A stretch of 64,000 nucleotides of DNA, from assembly GCA_965203555.1 (NCBI GenBank), contig CBDBCY010000004.1, forward strand, positions 992,001 through 1,056,000, written 5' to 3'. Position 1 is the first letter of the stretch. Every line of letters begins with the position of its first letter. Under the pieces are notes generated by a model. It had not been told where the DNA came from and searched no databases. It saw nothing but the letters and a program-made list of their open reading frames with translations. This DNA comes from Acidimicrobiia bacterium. GTDB taxonomy: Bacteria; Actinomycetota; Acidimicrobiia; Spongiisociales; ZC4RG35. Positions 16,318 through 27,250 of the stretch are shown here, piece by piece. The position numbers and the translations under genes are program-made.

Positions 16318-17628
16318 CTAGCTGTTGGAGGTGAGTTGCAGCGCGCGGAGTCGGTTGAAAACCGCCCCGGTTTCGGCCAGGAAACGGGTTGGATCGGAAA
16401 GATCTTCCAGGCGCTCTGCCGGGACGGTCACCTCGGGGTCCGAAGCGAGTTTCTCCCATAGAGTCCCGCCGCTTTCCAATACATGGGAAGCTGCCCGCTG
16501 GACGATCCGGTAGGCTTGGTTTCTGCTCAAACCCTGCCGGCTGATCAACTCTGACAGCAGGGCGCCGCTGACCACCAGCCCGCCGGTGGCGTCCAGGTTG
16601 GCCCTCATCCGGACGGTGTTGACCTCCAAGCGTCGCATCACCCGGGTAAAGGTGGCCAGCATGTAGTGCAGAATCGTGCAGGCATCGGGGATTATGATCC
16701 GCTCCACGGAGGAGTGGCTTATGTCCCGCTCGTGCCACAGCGCCACGTTCTCCAAAGCTGTCGTCGAGTAGCCCCGCAGCAGACGGGCCATTCCGGCCAT
16801 TTGCTCCGAGGAAATCGGGTTTCGTTTGTGGGGCATGGCCGATGAGCCCTTCTGACCGGACCGGAATCCCTCCGCCACTTCCCCCACCTCGTTGCGCTGC
16901 AATAGCCGTATCTCCGTAGCGAAACGCTCCAGCGAGGCCCCGGCCAAGGCGATGGCGCCCAGAAACTGGGCGTGACGGTCTCGGGCGGTCACCTGGGTCG
17001 AGGCCGGTTCTGACCCGATCCCCAGTTCCCTGCACACAAATTCCTCTATAGCCGGGGGGCACTGCGCGTAGGTGCCCACCGCCCCGCTCACCTTGCCCAC
17101 CGCCACCGCCTCCCGGGCGGCGTTCAGACGCTCATGGTCCCTGGCGAGTTGGAAGGCCCAGTTGGCAAGTTTCAAACCCCACGATGTCGGCTCGGCCCAC
17201 ATACCGTGAGTGCGACCCAGGATCAGAGTGTCCTGGTGTGACAGTGCCGCCTCCTTGACCACTGAAAAGAGAACTTCCACATCCCGGGTCAACAATCGAG
17301 CGGCCTCGCCCATGATCACACCGGAGGCGGTGTCGATCACATCGGATGAGGTGAGCCCGTAGTGGACCCACTCCCCTCCCGCCTCCATTCCTGCCGCCAG
17401 AACATCGACAAAGGCGGCAAGATCGTGATTAATGATCGCTTCCCGTTCTGCTACCTGCTCGGGGGTAGGCACTCTCGCTTCTCGAATGGCCGTCACCGCT
17501 TCCGACGGCACCACTCCCTGCAGAGCCCAAGCCTCCAGCGCCAGCTCCTCCACCCTCTTCCAAGTGGCCAAGCGCCGCTCCGGAGACCACACTTCGGCCA
17601 TTTCCGGAAGCGTGTAGCGATCAATCAT
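16318..17628 (-). CDS. purB: adenylosuccinate lyase
   Basis: MIDRY, HYGLTSSD, GRTHG, GSSAMPHKRNP, WHERDISHSSVER. Confidence 0.97.
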   Translation of the reverse strand: MIDRYTLPEMAEVWSPERRLATWKRVEELALEAWALQGVVPSEAVTAIREARVPTPEQVAEREAIINHDLAAFVDVLAAGMEAGGEWVHYGLTSSDVIDTASGVIMGEAARLLTRDVEVLFSVVKEAALSHQDTLILGRTHGMWAEPTSWGLKLANWAFQLARDHERLNAAREAVAVGKVSGAVGTYAQCPPAIEEFVCRELGIGSEPASTQVTARDRHAQFLGAIALAGASLERFATEIRLLQRNEVGEVAEGFRSGQKGSSAMPHKRNPISSEQMAGMARLLRGYSTTALENVALWHERDISHSSVERIIIPDACTILHYMLATFTRVMRRLEVNTVRMRANLDATGGLVVSGALLSELISRQGLSRNQAYRIVQRAASHVLESGGTLWEKLASDPEVTVPAERLEDLSDPTRFLAETGAVFNRLRALQLTSNS

Positions 17629-17922
17629 CTTGTCCGACCGGGTACCACGATCCCACTGCCTACCGGAGACTACCCGCCGGGGGGACCAACTCGGTTAGAA
17701 GAACAGGCTTCAGGGTCTGTGCTTCCTATCTGGAGTTGAGGTCTCATCACCACTTTCGCACGGGTTGCGGGGATTCGACGCGGTTGACAGGAAGGACAAC
17801 CGTGCTCCTGCCCTCTGCGGGAGTGGGTGTCCATCTTCCGATTGCAGGCCATATAGGCTCCCCTGAAATGGACACCTCAACCATGCCGCCTCCCCGATAG
17901 CAAGCCAGGTGCGGTTGGAGGC

Positions 17923-19101
17923 ATGACTCGACTCTCCATTTCCGAGGCCAGACGGCTTGCCATCTCCGCAACCGGTTTGGCGGGCGCCCGACCGTCTGGA
18001 AGAAGGGATGTTCGCCACTATCGGAAGGTCCTCCGTAGCACCGGTCTCATCCAGTTGGATTCGGTGAATGTGCTGGCCAGGGCCCACTACCTGCCGTTCT
18101 TTTCGCGGCTGGGCGGCTATCCCCGAGATCGCCTCGACCGATGGCTGTGGACCTCGCAGGAACTCTTCGAGTACTGGGGGCACGAACGATCCCTGATCCC
18201 GATCGACCATCGCCCCCTGTTCGTCCACCGCATGCGCCAAACGCCGCACAGATGGATCGAGTCCGTCAACTACGACAATCCTGCGTATGTGCAGCAGGTG
18301 GGCCGGGAGGTGGAGGAGCGAGGGCCGCTGCGCGCTTCAGACCTGAGCGAACCCGGGACCTCCGGCGGGTCCTGGTGGGGACCCTCCATGGGAAAGCGGG
18401 CCCTGGAGTGGCTGTTCTGGACGGGCGCCGTCACCGTGGCGGACCGGCCCCGCTTCATCCGGTGGTACGACCTTCCCGAGCGGGTTCATTCCGCGGCGGC
18501 GATGGCCCGGCCGCCGATCGAAGAACCGGAGGCCCTCCGCCGACTCCTGCACCTGGCGGTGGCGCGCTCCGGCGTGGGAACCGCGGGCGACCTGGCCGAT
18601 TACTACCGCATGGGGGTCCGGTCGGCCCGCGCCGCGCTGGCCGACCTGGTCGCCTCCGGCGAGATCCGACAGGTGGAAGTGAAAGGTTGGTCGGAGCCAG
18701 CCTTTGTGGATCCCGATGCCGTCATTGCCCGCCGGGTCACGGGACGGGCACTCCTCTCCCCCTTTGATCCCTTGGTGTGGCGTCGACCGCGTCTGCAGAG
18801 GTTGTTCGACTTCCGATACCGGATCGAGATCTACGTTCCTCGCCCCAAGCGGGTTCACGGCTACTACGTGCTGCCCTTCCTGCTCGGAGACACCATGGTC
18901 GCCCGCGTGGACCTCAAGTTGGACCGCAAAGGCAGGCGCCTGCGGGTGTTGGGAAGTTATGGCGAGGGCGGCATTGATGTGGACAGAGTGTGCCGGAACC
19001 TGGCCGCAGAACTCTCCGAGATAGCTGAATGGCTTGGCGCAAACAAGATAACCGTGTCTCCCAAGGGCGACCTCGCTCTACCCCTGTCCCGTCAATTCTG
19101 A
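17923..19101 (+). CDS. YcaQ/AlkZ-family winged-helix DNA crosslink repair glycosylase
   Basis: IQLDSVNVLARAHY, FEYWGHE, LLSPFDPLVW, YRIEIYVPRPKRVHGYYVLPFL. Confidence 0.9.
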   Translation: MTRLSISEARRLAISATGLAGARPSGRRDVRHYRKVLRSTGLIQLDSVNVLARAHYLPFFSRLGGYPRDRLDRWLWTSQELFEYWGHERSLIPIDHRPLFVHRMRQTPHRWIESVNYDNPAYVQQVGREVEERGPLRASDLSEPGTSGGSWWGPSMGKRALEWLFWTGAVTVADRPRFIRWYDLPERVHSAAAMARPPIEEPEALRRLLHLAVARSGVGTAGDLADYYRMGVRSARAALADLVASGEIRQVEVKGWSEPAFVDPDAVIARRVTGRALLSPFDPLVWRRPRLQRLFDFRYRIEIYVPRPKRVHGYYVLPFLLGDTMVARVDLKLDRKGRRLRVLGSYGEGGIDVDRVCRNLAAELSEIAEWLGANKITVSPKGDLALPLSRQF

Positions 19102-19118
19102 AGGTTCTTCGATCAGAA

Positions 19119-20390
19119 CTATCGGACCACCAGTTGGCTGCGCTCGGGACCGACGGAGACCCATCCCACCGGGACTCCCACCGCCTCCTCGATGAACCTG
19201 ATGTAGCGGCGAGCGGCCGGGGGAAAGTCCTCGAATCGTCTCGCCCCGGTGATGTCCTCGGACCAACCTTCCAGTTCCCGGTACACAGGGGTGCACTTGT
19301 ACAGCACCCGCTGCTGGCGGGGAAACTCCGCATAACCCTGCCCCTCACCCTCATAACCCACCGCCACCCGCAAAGTGTCGAGCCCGGAGAGAATGTCCAG
19401 CTTGGTGATGAACAGATGGGTCAACCCGTTGATCCTGGCCGCATAGCGAAGGGCTACCAGATCGAGCCATCCGCAGCGCCGGCGCCTACCGGTGACCGTG
19501 CCGAACTCCCGGCCCCGGTCCACCAGCCAATCCCCCGTCTCGTCGAACAACTCGGTAGGGAACGGTCCGCTACCAACCCGGGAGATGTAAGCCTTGGCCA
19601 CTCCCACCACGTTGTCAATGGCGGTTGGGCCCAGCCCGGTGCCGATCAGTGCTCCACCGGCCGTGGGGTTGGAAGAGGTAACGAAGGGATAGGTGCCGTG
19701 ATCGATGTCCAGGAGTGTGCCCTGGGCGCCTTCGAACAGCACCTCCCGGCCATTGGCGATCGCCTCCCATAGAAGAAGGGACGTGTCGGTCACATAGGGA
19801 AGTAGGCGATCGGCCATCTCCAGATACCGAGAGATCACCGCCTCGGGGTCCATGGGAAGGCGGTTGTACACCCTGGTGAGTATCTTGTTCTTGTCCCCCA
19901 GCGCCGCCTCCACCTTCTCCCGAAAGATCCGATGGTCGAACAGGTCCTGCACCCGGATACCCACCCGGGAATACTTGTCGGTGTATGCGGGACCGATTCC
20001 TCGCTTGGTGGTACCGATCCGGTTGCGCCCCAGGTAACGCTCCATCACCCCGTCGAGGACCCGGTGATAGGGCATGATCAGATGAGCATTGGAAGAGATG
20101 CGAAGACGCCCGGGGTCTATCCCTTCCCGGGTCAGCATCTCGATCTCCTCGAGCAGCACCGCCGGATCCAGCACGCAACCCGAAGCGATCACCGGAACGC
20201 ACTCGGGGTACATCACCCCCGAGGGGACAACCGACAGGGCATAGGAGTCTTCGCCGATGGTTACAGTGTGCCCTGCGTTGTTTCCTCCCTGGTAGCGGAC
20301 GACATAATCGGCGGACTCCGCGAAGAAATCGGTTACCCGGCCCTTCCCCTCGTCGCCCCACTGTGCACCTAACACGATGGTGGCTGTCAC
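19119..20390 (-). CDS. purA: adenylosuccinate synthetase
   Basis: GAQWGDEGKG, GGNNAGHT, GTTKRGIGPAY, EGAQG, GTVTGRRRRCGW. Confidence 0.98.
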   Translation of the reverse strand: MTATIVLGAQWGDEGKGRVTDFFAESADYVVRYQGGNNAGHTVTIGEDSYALSVVPSGVMYPECVPVIASGCVLDPAVLLEEIEMLTREGIDPGRLRISSNAHLIMPYHRVLDGVMERYLGRNRIGTTKRGIGPAYTDKYSRVGIRVQDLFDHRIFREKVEAALGDKNKILTRVYNRLPMDPEAVISRYLEMADRLLPYVTDTSLLLWEAIANGREVLFEGAQGTLLDIDHGTYPFVTSSNPTAGGALIGTGLGPTAIDNVVGVAKAYISRVGSGPFPTELFDETGDWLVDRGREFGTVTGRRRRCGWLDLVALRYAARINGLTHLFITKLDILSGLDTLRVAVGYEGEGQGYAEFPRQQRVLYKCTPVYRELEGWSEDITGARRFEDFPPAARRYIRFIEEAVGVPVGWVSVGPERSQLVVR

Positions 20391-20570
20391 AAGGCAGAGA
20401 TGTTAGCCAATCCCCCGGATGGGTTAAATCTCATGTTTGACGGTCACGGTTGTCGGAGTGAAGAAGTGGCAACACTGCGGACCAGTCGATGAAAGATCCC
20501 TTGCGCAGGCGCATCATGACCAAAGTGGGGGTGGCTCTGAGCGCAATGATCCGTCCAGGTTTTCGAATGG

Positions 20571-21572
20571 TCAGCGGGTGAAGTAGAGCAGAAACTCCAT
20601 GACGCCGTGATCCTCAACCGAGATAACGCTGGCCGATGTCGGGGCGGTCACTCCGTAGTCGCCGAAGACCACCTCGCTCGATCCCACGGCCACGATGGTG
20701 TCCCCAACGAGTCGGGCACTCAGATCGAACACCGCGCGGTTGGTGACACCCTTGATTGTGAGGTCGCCTTCCGCCGGCCCCGAGAAGGTCTCACCTTCGA
20801 ATACCCCGATGGGCAGTTCCAAGGGCTCGACGAGAGTGAAAACCGCCAGTGGAAACTCGTCGGTCTCCAGAGCCTGCCGCATGTGGCTGTCACGATGGCT
20901 GTTGTCGGTGCGCAACGTTGCAATCTCGACCTCCATCGTGGCGGCCACCAGCAGGGCGCCGCTCAGTTCGATGGAACCGACCACCTCGGCAGTGCGGCCC
21001 ACCGCGGTGGACTCGGCGACGCCGCCCGCCAGCACCTCCACCACCCGGAACCCTACGAAGCTGACGGCGGGCTCTCCCGGCAGGCCGTCGGCGTTCTCGG
21101 ACTTCGCCAGGGTCCACAGCCCGGCGAAGGCATCCGCCGACGTGGTCTCCGTTTCGATCTCCCGGACATCGTCCGCGGCCACGCCGCTCGACATGTTGCT
21201 GGAGGTCTCCGCGCGGGTGCTCGAAGTCGCGCCGACATCATCGGTGGGCTCAGCAACCGGCGCCGGACTGGTAGTAGACGTCGTTTCCGTTCCGACGCCT
21301 CCTTCTGTTGATCGGGCATCGTCGAGGACCTCGGCTTCCGTCGTGACCACGAGAGTCGGGGGGTCCGTGCTTGATGTCGTGCTGCCGCCACCATCGGACT
21401 CTGCGACCGAGGAGTCGTCGGGGTTGTCACGGGCTGCCGGTTCCATCTGGGCCACCGCCGTCTCCAGATCGACGGCCTCGGGACCCTCATCGCTCCACCA
21501 CAAGAAAGCCGCTATCGCCGCAACCGCGATCGCGACTGCCAAACCTGCGATGATCTTGGTGAGCTTCCTCAT
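20571..21572 (-). CDS. membrane-anchored YceI family protein with a long Ser/Thr/acidic linker
   Basis: N-terminal TM; SFVGFRVVEVL...AVGRT...LRTDNSHRDSHM...GDLTIKGVT...DYGVTAP. Confidence 0.82.
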   Translation of the reverse strand: MRKLTKIIAGLAVAIAVAAIAAFLWWSDEGPEAVDLETAVAQMEPAARDNPDDSSVAESDGGGSTTSSTDPPTLVVTTEAEVLDDARSTEGGVGTETTSTTSPAPVAEPTDDVGATSSTRAETSSNMSSGVAADDVREIETETTSADAFAGLWTLAKSENADGLPGEPAVSFVGFRVVEVLAGGVAESTAVGRTAEVVGSIELSGALLVAATMEVEIATLRTDNSHRDSHMRQALETDEFPLAVFTLVEPLELPIGVFEGETFSGPAEGDLTIKGVTNRAVFDLSARLVGDTIVAVGSSEVVFGDYGVTAPTSASVISVEDHGVMEFLLYFTR

Positions 21573-22098
21573 GTATTGCCCTTGCCGGCCACCGGTCCTC
21601 TTGTATCACCTGGGGCATATATTCCGCGGGCGGCGTTTAGTCCGCATCAAGCACTATACAAGGTCGGCGGTCGGCTGGGTAGTAGGTCACTCTGAGTCTC
21701 TGACCTGCGACTTCGCCATACAAACTGACCCACCACCCGGGATCGACCCAATGGTCGTGACTGCCGTTCCCCGCGGGCGACTGCATGCCGTCCTCCTCAT
21801 TGCCGGCGCCGTCCACCACTACCTCGGTCGGCAATACTTCCACAATGGCGACGCGATTGGAAGCGTCTACGACCGCGACCGCGTCGTAGCTTCCTCTCCC
21901 CAACGCCACGGATCCAGTTCCAACCAGCGGCAACAGCCATCGCAAACATTGCTTGGGCGGGTTTTCTCCTTTCTCTCTTTCGGCCATGCGCCAACAATCT
22001 TCTGCTCGAATCCTGGGCCTTACCTTGGATGAAGGCGAGATTGAATGAGAAACCGGCGAGGGAGTTTTCAGGGGACCTTTCCAGGCCGGACTTGCCGC

Positions 22099-23661
22099 CT
22101 AGAAGCTTCCCAGTTCTCCGAGTCGGATCCGGTCGACAGCCATGATCAACAGGGTCACCATGGCGGCCAACACCACAGCCATCGCCATGGCGCCGGTGTA
22201 ACTGACCGCACCCGGACGTCCCAGCAATCGGAAGATCAAGGCCGGAACAGTGATGGTGTCGGGGCGGGCTATGAAAGCCGTGGCCCCGAACTCGCCCAGC
22301 GACACGGCCGCGGCAAAACCCGCTCCCACCGCCGTGGCCCGGGCCGCGATGGGCAGATCGATCTCCCGGAAGACCCTCCAGGGAGACGCCCCGAGCACCG
22401 AAGCCGCCTCCCGCAGACCGGTTTTCACCGAACGCAGCATGGGAGTGACCGTGCGAACCACAAACGGTGTGGCCACCAAGGCGTGAGCAAGGGGCACCAG
22501 CACCACCGTAGCTCGCAGATCGACCGGCCAGTCCAAGGCCACCAGCATCCCGAACCCCACCGTCACCGCCGAGGCGCCCAACGGCAGCATCAGGACCACA
22601 TCGAACCAGCGGGCCGCCCGACCCCTGCCGGAGACAATCACGGTGGATGCGCACAATCCCACCGTCACCGCGACCAGTGCGGTGGCCAGTGCGTACAGCA
22701 GGGAATTGATCATCGCCCGGCCCGGCGTGACCGCCAGCGGCCCCGGATCCGCCAGAAAGCGCCATCCTGCCCCGCCGGAGCGCAACGATCTGGCCACCAG
22801 CATCACCAGGGGAACCGACAGAGCCGCAAGGGTCCCACCTACCGCCACTCCCAACGCCAGTCGTTGCCCGAGAGTGCCCGGACGTTGCAGATTGCGATCC
22901 TCCGCCGCCAACTCCAGGCCCACCGACTGGCGCTCTTGATAACGGGAATACCAGGCCAGGACCGCGGTCACTCCCACCAACTGCAGGATGGCCAGGGCGG
23001 CAGCGACCGGGAGATTCAAGAACACTACGGTCTGCTGCCAGATTTCCACTTCCAGGGTCCGGTAACGGAGCCCTCCGAGAATGAGCACCACCCCGAAGGA
23101 GGTGAAGGTGAACAAAAAGACGATCGCGGAAGAGGCGGCCAGGGCAGGGCGAAGGAGAGGGAGGGTCAGACGCCAGAAGACCTGCCGGGGGTTGGCGCCC
23201 AGGGTCCGGGCCGCGTCGAACAGGGACCGGTCGATCCGGGCCCACACACCTCCCACCGTTCGCACCACAACCGCCACGTTGTAGAAGACGTGGGCGGCGA
23301 GGATGGCCCACACGCTTCCTCCTATTCCCAGCGAGAGAAAAGCCGACGCCACCACCACCGTGGGCAACACGAAGGGGGCCGTAACCAGGGCCTTGGCCAG
23401 AGCGCGGCCGGGGAACCTGAACCTCGACACGGCCCAGGTAATGGGAGCGGCCGCCACCAAGGTCAAAGCCACCGAGGCAGCGGACTGCCACACCGAAAAC
23501 CACAGTGCCTTTCGCAGACCCGGATTGGCCAGCACTTCCCCGAAGGCGCCCCAGGAGCCTTCCGCTCCCAGGGACAGTCCCAGGATGCGGGCCAGGGGAT
23601 AGAGGAACAGATAACCCAGGAAGGCCACCGCCACCCCGGCGGCAACCCAACGGTAGGTCAC
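22099..23661 (-). CDS. thiP: thiamine ABC transporter permease
   Basis: Two EAA loops (DAARTLGA, EAASVLGAS), FTSFG, SLGEFGAT; lies downstream of thiB and the TPP riboswitch. Confidence 0.9.
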   Translation of the reverse strand: MTYRWVAAGVAVAFLGYLFLYPLARILGLSLGAEGSWGAFGEVLANPGLRKALWFSVWQSAASVALTLVAAAPITWAVSRFRFPGRALAKALVTAPFVLPTVVVASAFLSLGIGGSVWAILAAHVFYNVAVVVRTVGGVWARIDRSLFDAARTLGANPRQVFWRLTLPLLRPALAASSAIVFLFTFTSFGVVLILGGLRYRTLEVEIWQQTVVFLNLPVAAALAILQLVGVTAVLAWYSRYQERQSVGLELAAEDRNLQRPGTLGQRLALGVAVGGTLAALSVPLVMLVARSLRSGGAGWRFLADPGPLAVTPGRAMINSLLYALATALVAVTVGLCASTVIVSGRGRAARWFDVVLMLPLGASAVTVGFGMLVALDWPVDLRATVVLVPLAHALVATPFVVRTVTPMLRSVKTGLREAASVLGASPWRVFREIDLPIAARATAVGAGFAAAVSLGEFGATAFIARPDTITVPALIFRLLGRPGAVSYTGAMAMAVVLAAMVTLLIMAVDRIRLGELGSF

Positions 23662-23716
23662 CGTCCCCCTGTGGACTCGACCCGCATCCGTTCAGTGATT
23701 TGCCAGGGTAACCCGG

Positions 23717-24841
23717 TTACCCCAGCACCAACTCGGTCCACTCCTGGATCCACCGTTCGCGGTTGGCGTCAATCAGAGCCGGATCGACCGATGCCGGTTG
23801 CTCGGGAAGAGCGGTGTGCTCAACGAATTCGGGAGGAAGCGAGGCTTCGGTATTGGCCGGGAAAACGAACCAGGTGAGAGGGATCTGCTCCTGGAACTGC
23901 ACTGACAGCATGTAGTCGATCAAATCGCCGGCAGCCTCCGGAAACTCGGTCCCGTCCAGGATCCCGGCAAACTCGATCTGTCGATAGCACCCGTGCGTTA
24001 CCACCCCGGTGGGCGCCACATCAGTCGGGGGATCGGAGTAGATCACCTCGGCGGGCGGCGAAGAGGCATAGGAGACAACCAGCGGACGGTCTCCTCCCCA
24101 CCGGGTGAACGAGGAGTAATAGGCGGTGTCCCAGTCCGGGACCACCTCCACGTCGTTGTCCACCAGGGCTTGCCAGTAGTCCTTCCAGCCGTCTTCCCCG
24201 AACACTGCGATGGTGGTTAGCAGGAAGGCCAGCCCGGGGGAAGAGGTGGCCGGGCTCTCCACCACCAACTTACCCCGGTAGGGCTCGGTGATCAGGTCCT
24301 CGAGGTTGCGAGGAGCTTCGGCGTCGGCCATCACCTCGCGGTCGTAGTTGAGGCACACGTCGCCGAAGTCGATGGGAGTCACCCGGTTCTCGGGGTCAAG
24401 TCGGATGTTCTCGGGGGTCTTGTCCAGCAGGGAGGAACGGTGTGAACGGAACACGTCGGCGTCCAGCGCCCTCGACAGGAAGGTGTCATCCACGCCGAAC
24501 AAGACATCGGCCAAGGGATTGTCCCTGGTCAGAATGGCCTGGTTGACCAGCGAACCGGTATCTCCCGCCGGCAGGACCTCCACCGCGATGCCGGTTTCGG
24601 CGGTAAACGGCGCGAAGGTTTCCTCGCTCACGCCCCCGGCGAAGGAATCGTGGCTGATAATGGTAAGAGTTTCGGGTACGGTTTCAGGCGCCGCCGTCGT
24701 GGTTGGGGCCGCCGTCGTAGTTGGGGCCGCCGTCGTGGTTGGCGCCGCGGTTGTATCGGTGGAGTCGCCCGCCTCATCGGCACCGCATGCTGCTAGCACC
24801 AGCGCCAGAATGCTCATCCCCACCACCAGTTTTCTACTCAT
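23717..24841 (-). CDS. thiB: thiamine ABC transporter substrate-binding lipoprotein
   Basis: Lipobox LAAC, HDSF, ADVLFGVD, PIDFGDVCLNYD, PATSSPGLAFL, VSYASSPPAE. Confidence 0.92.
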   Translation of the reverse strand: MSRKLVVGMSILALVLAACGADEAGDSTDTTAAPTTTAAPTTTAAPTTTAAPETVPETLTIISHDSFAGGVSEETFAPFTAETGIAVEVLPAGDTGSLVNQAILTRDNPLADVLFGVDDTFLSRALDADVFRSHRSSLLDKTPENIRLDPENRVTPIDFGDVCLNYDREVMADAEAPRNLEDLITEPYRGKLVVESPATSSPGLAFLLTTIAVFGEDGWKDYWQALVDNDVEVVPDWDTAYYSSFTRWGGDRPLVVSYASSPPAEVIYSDPPTDVAPTGVVTHGCYRQIEFAGILDGTEFPEAAGDLIDYMLSVQFQEQIPLTWFVFPANTEASLPPEFVEHTALPEQPASVDPALIDANRERWIQEWTELVLG

Positions 24842-24898
24842 TGCCTGGCTCCTTTTCTTTCTGAGAGGAGCCCGAGAAACTGGAGACTTGTTCAACGA

Positions 24899-24992
24899 AA
24901 GCTTCCTTCGCCGGCATTATCCGGATCAGGTGCTAACGGTCGGAGGAGCCCATCCTCCCTCTCAGCCCGGTCTCGCCGAGCTCCCGTGTTTG
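24899..24992 (-). promoter_or_regulatory. TPP riboswitch
   Basis: Minus strand reads ACACGGGAGC...GCTGAGAG...GACCGTTAGCACCTGATCCGGATAATGCCGGCGAAGGAAG, the THI-box consensus, directly upstream of thiB. Confidence 0.95.
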
Positions 24993-24999
24993 CTTGACT

Positions 25000-25671
25000 T
25001 CAATGATAGTGGTCGAAAAGGCGGGGTGCTCCCGAATCAGGGTCTCTCAGTAACTGGTAATCCACCTCCCGCACACCCAGCATGCGGGATTCGGCCAGCA
25101 CCCTCGCCTGGGGTGTGACGGCCGTGGCAACCAGTATCCCCCGCACCGGGGTGAGTCTCGGGTCGAGGGCCAGCTGGGTCACGTACCGGGTCAACTGCTC
25201 CACCCCCGATATTTCCCCTCGCCTTTTGACCTCCACTGCCACTGTTCCTCCCTCCGGGTCGGTGCAAAGCAGGTCGATGGGTCCGATGGCAGTGGGATAC
25301 TCCCGGCGAATGAGTTTCAAACCCGGCCCGATCACCTCCGGATTGTCAGCCAGCAACTCCTGCAGATGAATCTCCACCCCGTCTTTCTCCAGACCCGGAT
25401 CGATGCCCAACTCGTGGGAGATGTCCGACAACACCTCGTGGAGGGTGATCTCCAAACTCTCCCCCTTGGGATTGGTGACCAGCCACAGGTCCTCGCCCTC
25501 TTCCAACGTGTTGGGCGCCGACATCCAGTTGAGGGGCTTGTAGGCGCCTCCGTCGGCGTGTACCGCCACACAGCCGTCGGCCTTGATCATTATCAGACGC
25601 CGGGAGCGAGGAAGATGGGCGTCCACCCGGCCTTGATAGTTGACCGTGCATTCTGCGATCACCAGCCTCAT
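25000..25671 (-). CDS. nucS: mismatch-specific endonuclease NucS
   Basis: [53 protein letters not shown]. Confidence 0.95.
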   Translation of the reverse strand: MRLVIAECTVNYQGRVDAHLPRSRRLIMIKADGCVAVHADGGAYKPLNWMSAPNTLEEGEDLWLVTNPKGESLEITLHEVLSDISHELGIDPGLEKDGVEIHLQELLADNPEVIGPGLKLIRREYPTAIGPIDLLCTDPEGGTVAVEVKRRGEISGVEQLTRYVTQLALDPRLTPVRGILVATAVTPQARVLAESRMLGVREVDYQLLRDPDSGAPRLFDHYH

Positions 25672-27035
25672 GGCTGGACGGAACCCGCCCCCAGGATTCG
25701 CAGAGCAACCGCCTCGGCGACGGTCGCCCTCTCCAGTTCCCCCAGGTCCAGGCTCTCGTTGGGAGCGTGAATGGCCGAGCCGGGATCTCCCATCCCGGCC
25801 AACAGAAGGGGCGCGTCCGGAAACACTGTTGCAAAAGACGCCAGGAAGGGAATGGTCCCGCCCTCCCCTTTGTCCACCGGGGCAACCCCCCATGCCGCCT
25901 CCAAACCCCGGCGCCAGGCATCGATGGCGGGGTGGGAGGGGACCTGTTGGAAGCCCTCCGCTTCCTCGACGAAGTCCACCTTCAGCTGGGCTCCCCACGG
26001 CAGGTTCTCCCTCAGGTGATCCGAGAGGGCCTGTCGAGCCGATTCCGGGTCCTGTCCCGGGGCGGTCCGCAAGCTCACTTTTGCCCTGGCCACGGGCACC
26101 AGCAGGTTGATCGCCTCCGAGATTGCAGGGGCGTCCACCGCCAGCACCGAGATCGCAGGTTTGGTCCACAGCCGGGATGCCGCCGAACCGGTGCCGATGG
26201 TCTCCAAGCCGGCGACGGCTCCCAGGTTCTCGGCCAGGCCTTCCACGGACATCTCCAGATCGGTCACGTCCTTTCGGACCAGACCCCTCACCGCCACATC
26301 GCCTGCATCGTCATGAAGGGTCGAGAGCAGGCGGACCAGGGTGGTTATGGCATCGGGGAACAACCCGCCGAAGACACCGGAATGTCCCCCGAGTTGGGCG
26401 GTCCGGACTTCCACGGTGCACCCCACCAGCCCACGCAGGGAGGTGGTGATGGCCGGAACCCCCACCGCCCAGTTGCTGGCGTCGGCTATCACCACCGCAT
26501 CACAGGCCAGCAACTCCGTGTACCGCTCCAGGAAGGCTTCCAGGTTGGGCGAGCCAATCTCCTCCTCACCCTCCAGGAACACCTTCATTCCCACGGGCGG
26601 CGACCCTCCAAACGCCTTGGCGGCCCCCAGATGCGCGATCACCCCGCACTTGTCATCGGCTGCCCCCCGGCCGTACATGCGACCCTTCTTCACCACCGCC
26701 TCGAAGGGCTCGGTCTCCCACACCTCAAGATCACCGACCGGCTGGACGTCGTAGTGGGCGTAGAGAAGGACGGTGGGGGCGCCCTCGGGGCCGGGCAGGT
26801 GGCCGTACACCGCCGGGTGTGCCCCTTCGACCTCCAACAACCGGACGTCCCGGTACCCCGCTTCCTCCAGGAGGCGGGCGCATGACTCCCCCGTCCGTCT
26901 CACCTCCCCAGCATGGGATGCGGAGGCGCTGATCGAGGGAATGGCCACCAGTTCAGCCAGATCCTCGACCAGATAGGGAAAGAAAGACGCCACGCCGTCC
27001 CGCAGGTCTTGGTGGGGGGAGGGACTCTGGTTCAT
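25668..27035 (-). CDS. M20 family dipeptidase
   Basis: [40 protein letters not shown]. Confidence 0.92.
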   Translation of the reverse strand: MNQSPSPHQDLRDGVASFFPYLVEDLAELVAIPSISASASHAGEVRRTGESCARLLEEAGYRDVRLLEVEGAHPAVYGHLPGPEGAPTVLLYAHYDVQPVGDLEVWETEPFEAVVKKGRMYGRGAADDKCGVIAHLGAAKAFGGSPPVGMKVFLEGEEEIGSPNLEAFLERYTELLACDAVVIADASNWAVGVPAITTSLRGLVGCTVEVRTAQLGGHSGVFGGLFPDAITTLVRLLSTLHDDAGDVAVRGLVRKDVTDLEMSVEGLAENLGAVAGLETIGTGSAASRLWTKPAISVLAVDAPAISEAINLLVPVARAKVSLRTAPGQDPESARQALSDHLRENLPWGAQLKVDFVEEAEGFQQVPSHPAIDAWRRGLEAAWGVAPVDKGEGGTIPFLASFATVFPDAPLLLAGMGDPGSAIHAPNESLDLGELERATVAEAVALRILGAGSVQP

Positions 27036-27250
27036 CGACTGTCCACCCCGATGATTGCCGCCGATGGGGAGTGGACCCGCCTGATCGTCGAGCATTTCCT
27101 CCTCACACCCCTCCAGTTTCTCTCTCGAGCCAACCCCCCGGTTCCTAATCGAGCCGCCCGAGCAACGCTTTCCACAACCGGCAAGGTTACCAATGGTCCG
27201 TCAAAGGGGTTGGGTTAGCCTTCGGCGCACCGCCAACATTAAAGAACATT

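Noticed and set aside
17761-17800. GGATTCGAC resembling a tmRNA/tRNA T-arm motif (also near 12972)
   Set aside because: No acceptor stem, cloverleaf or tag reading frame could be built around either site.
17826-17876. 9-bp inverted repeat GGTGTCCAT/ATGGACACC upstream of ycaQ
   Set aside because: Short stem with a 33-nt spacer and a single occurrence; not enough to call an operator or MITE.
21637-21987. 116-aa ORF between yceI and thiP
   Set aside because: No recognisable motif and no convincing start; it may be a decayed gene, but I cannot support a call.
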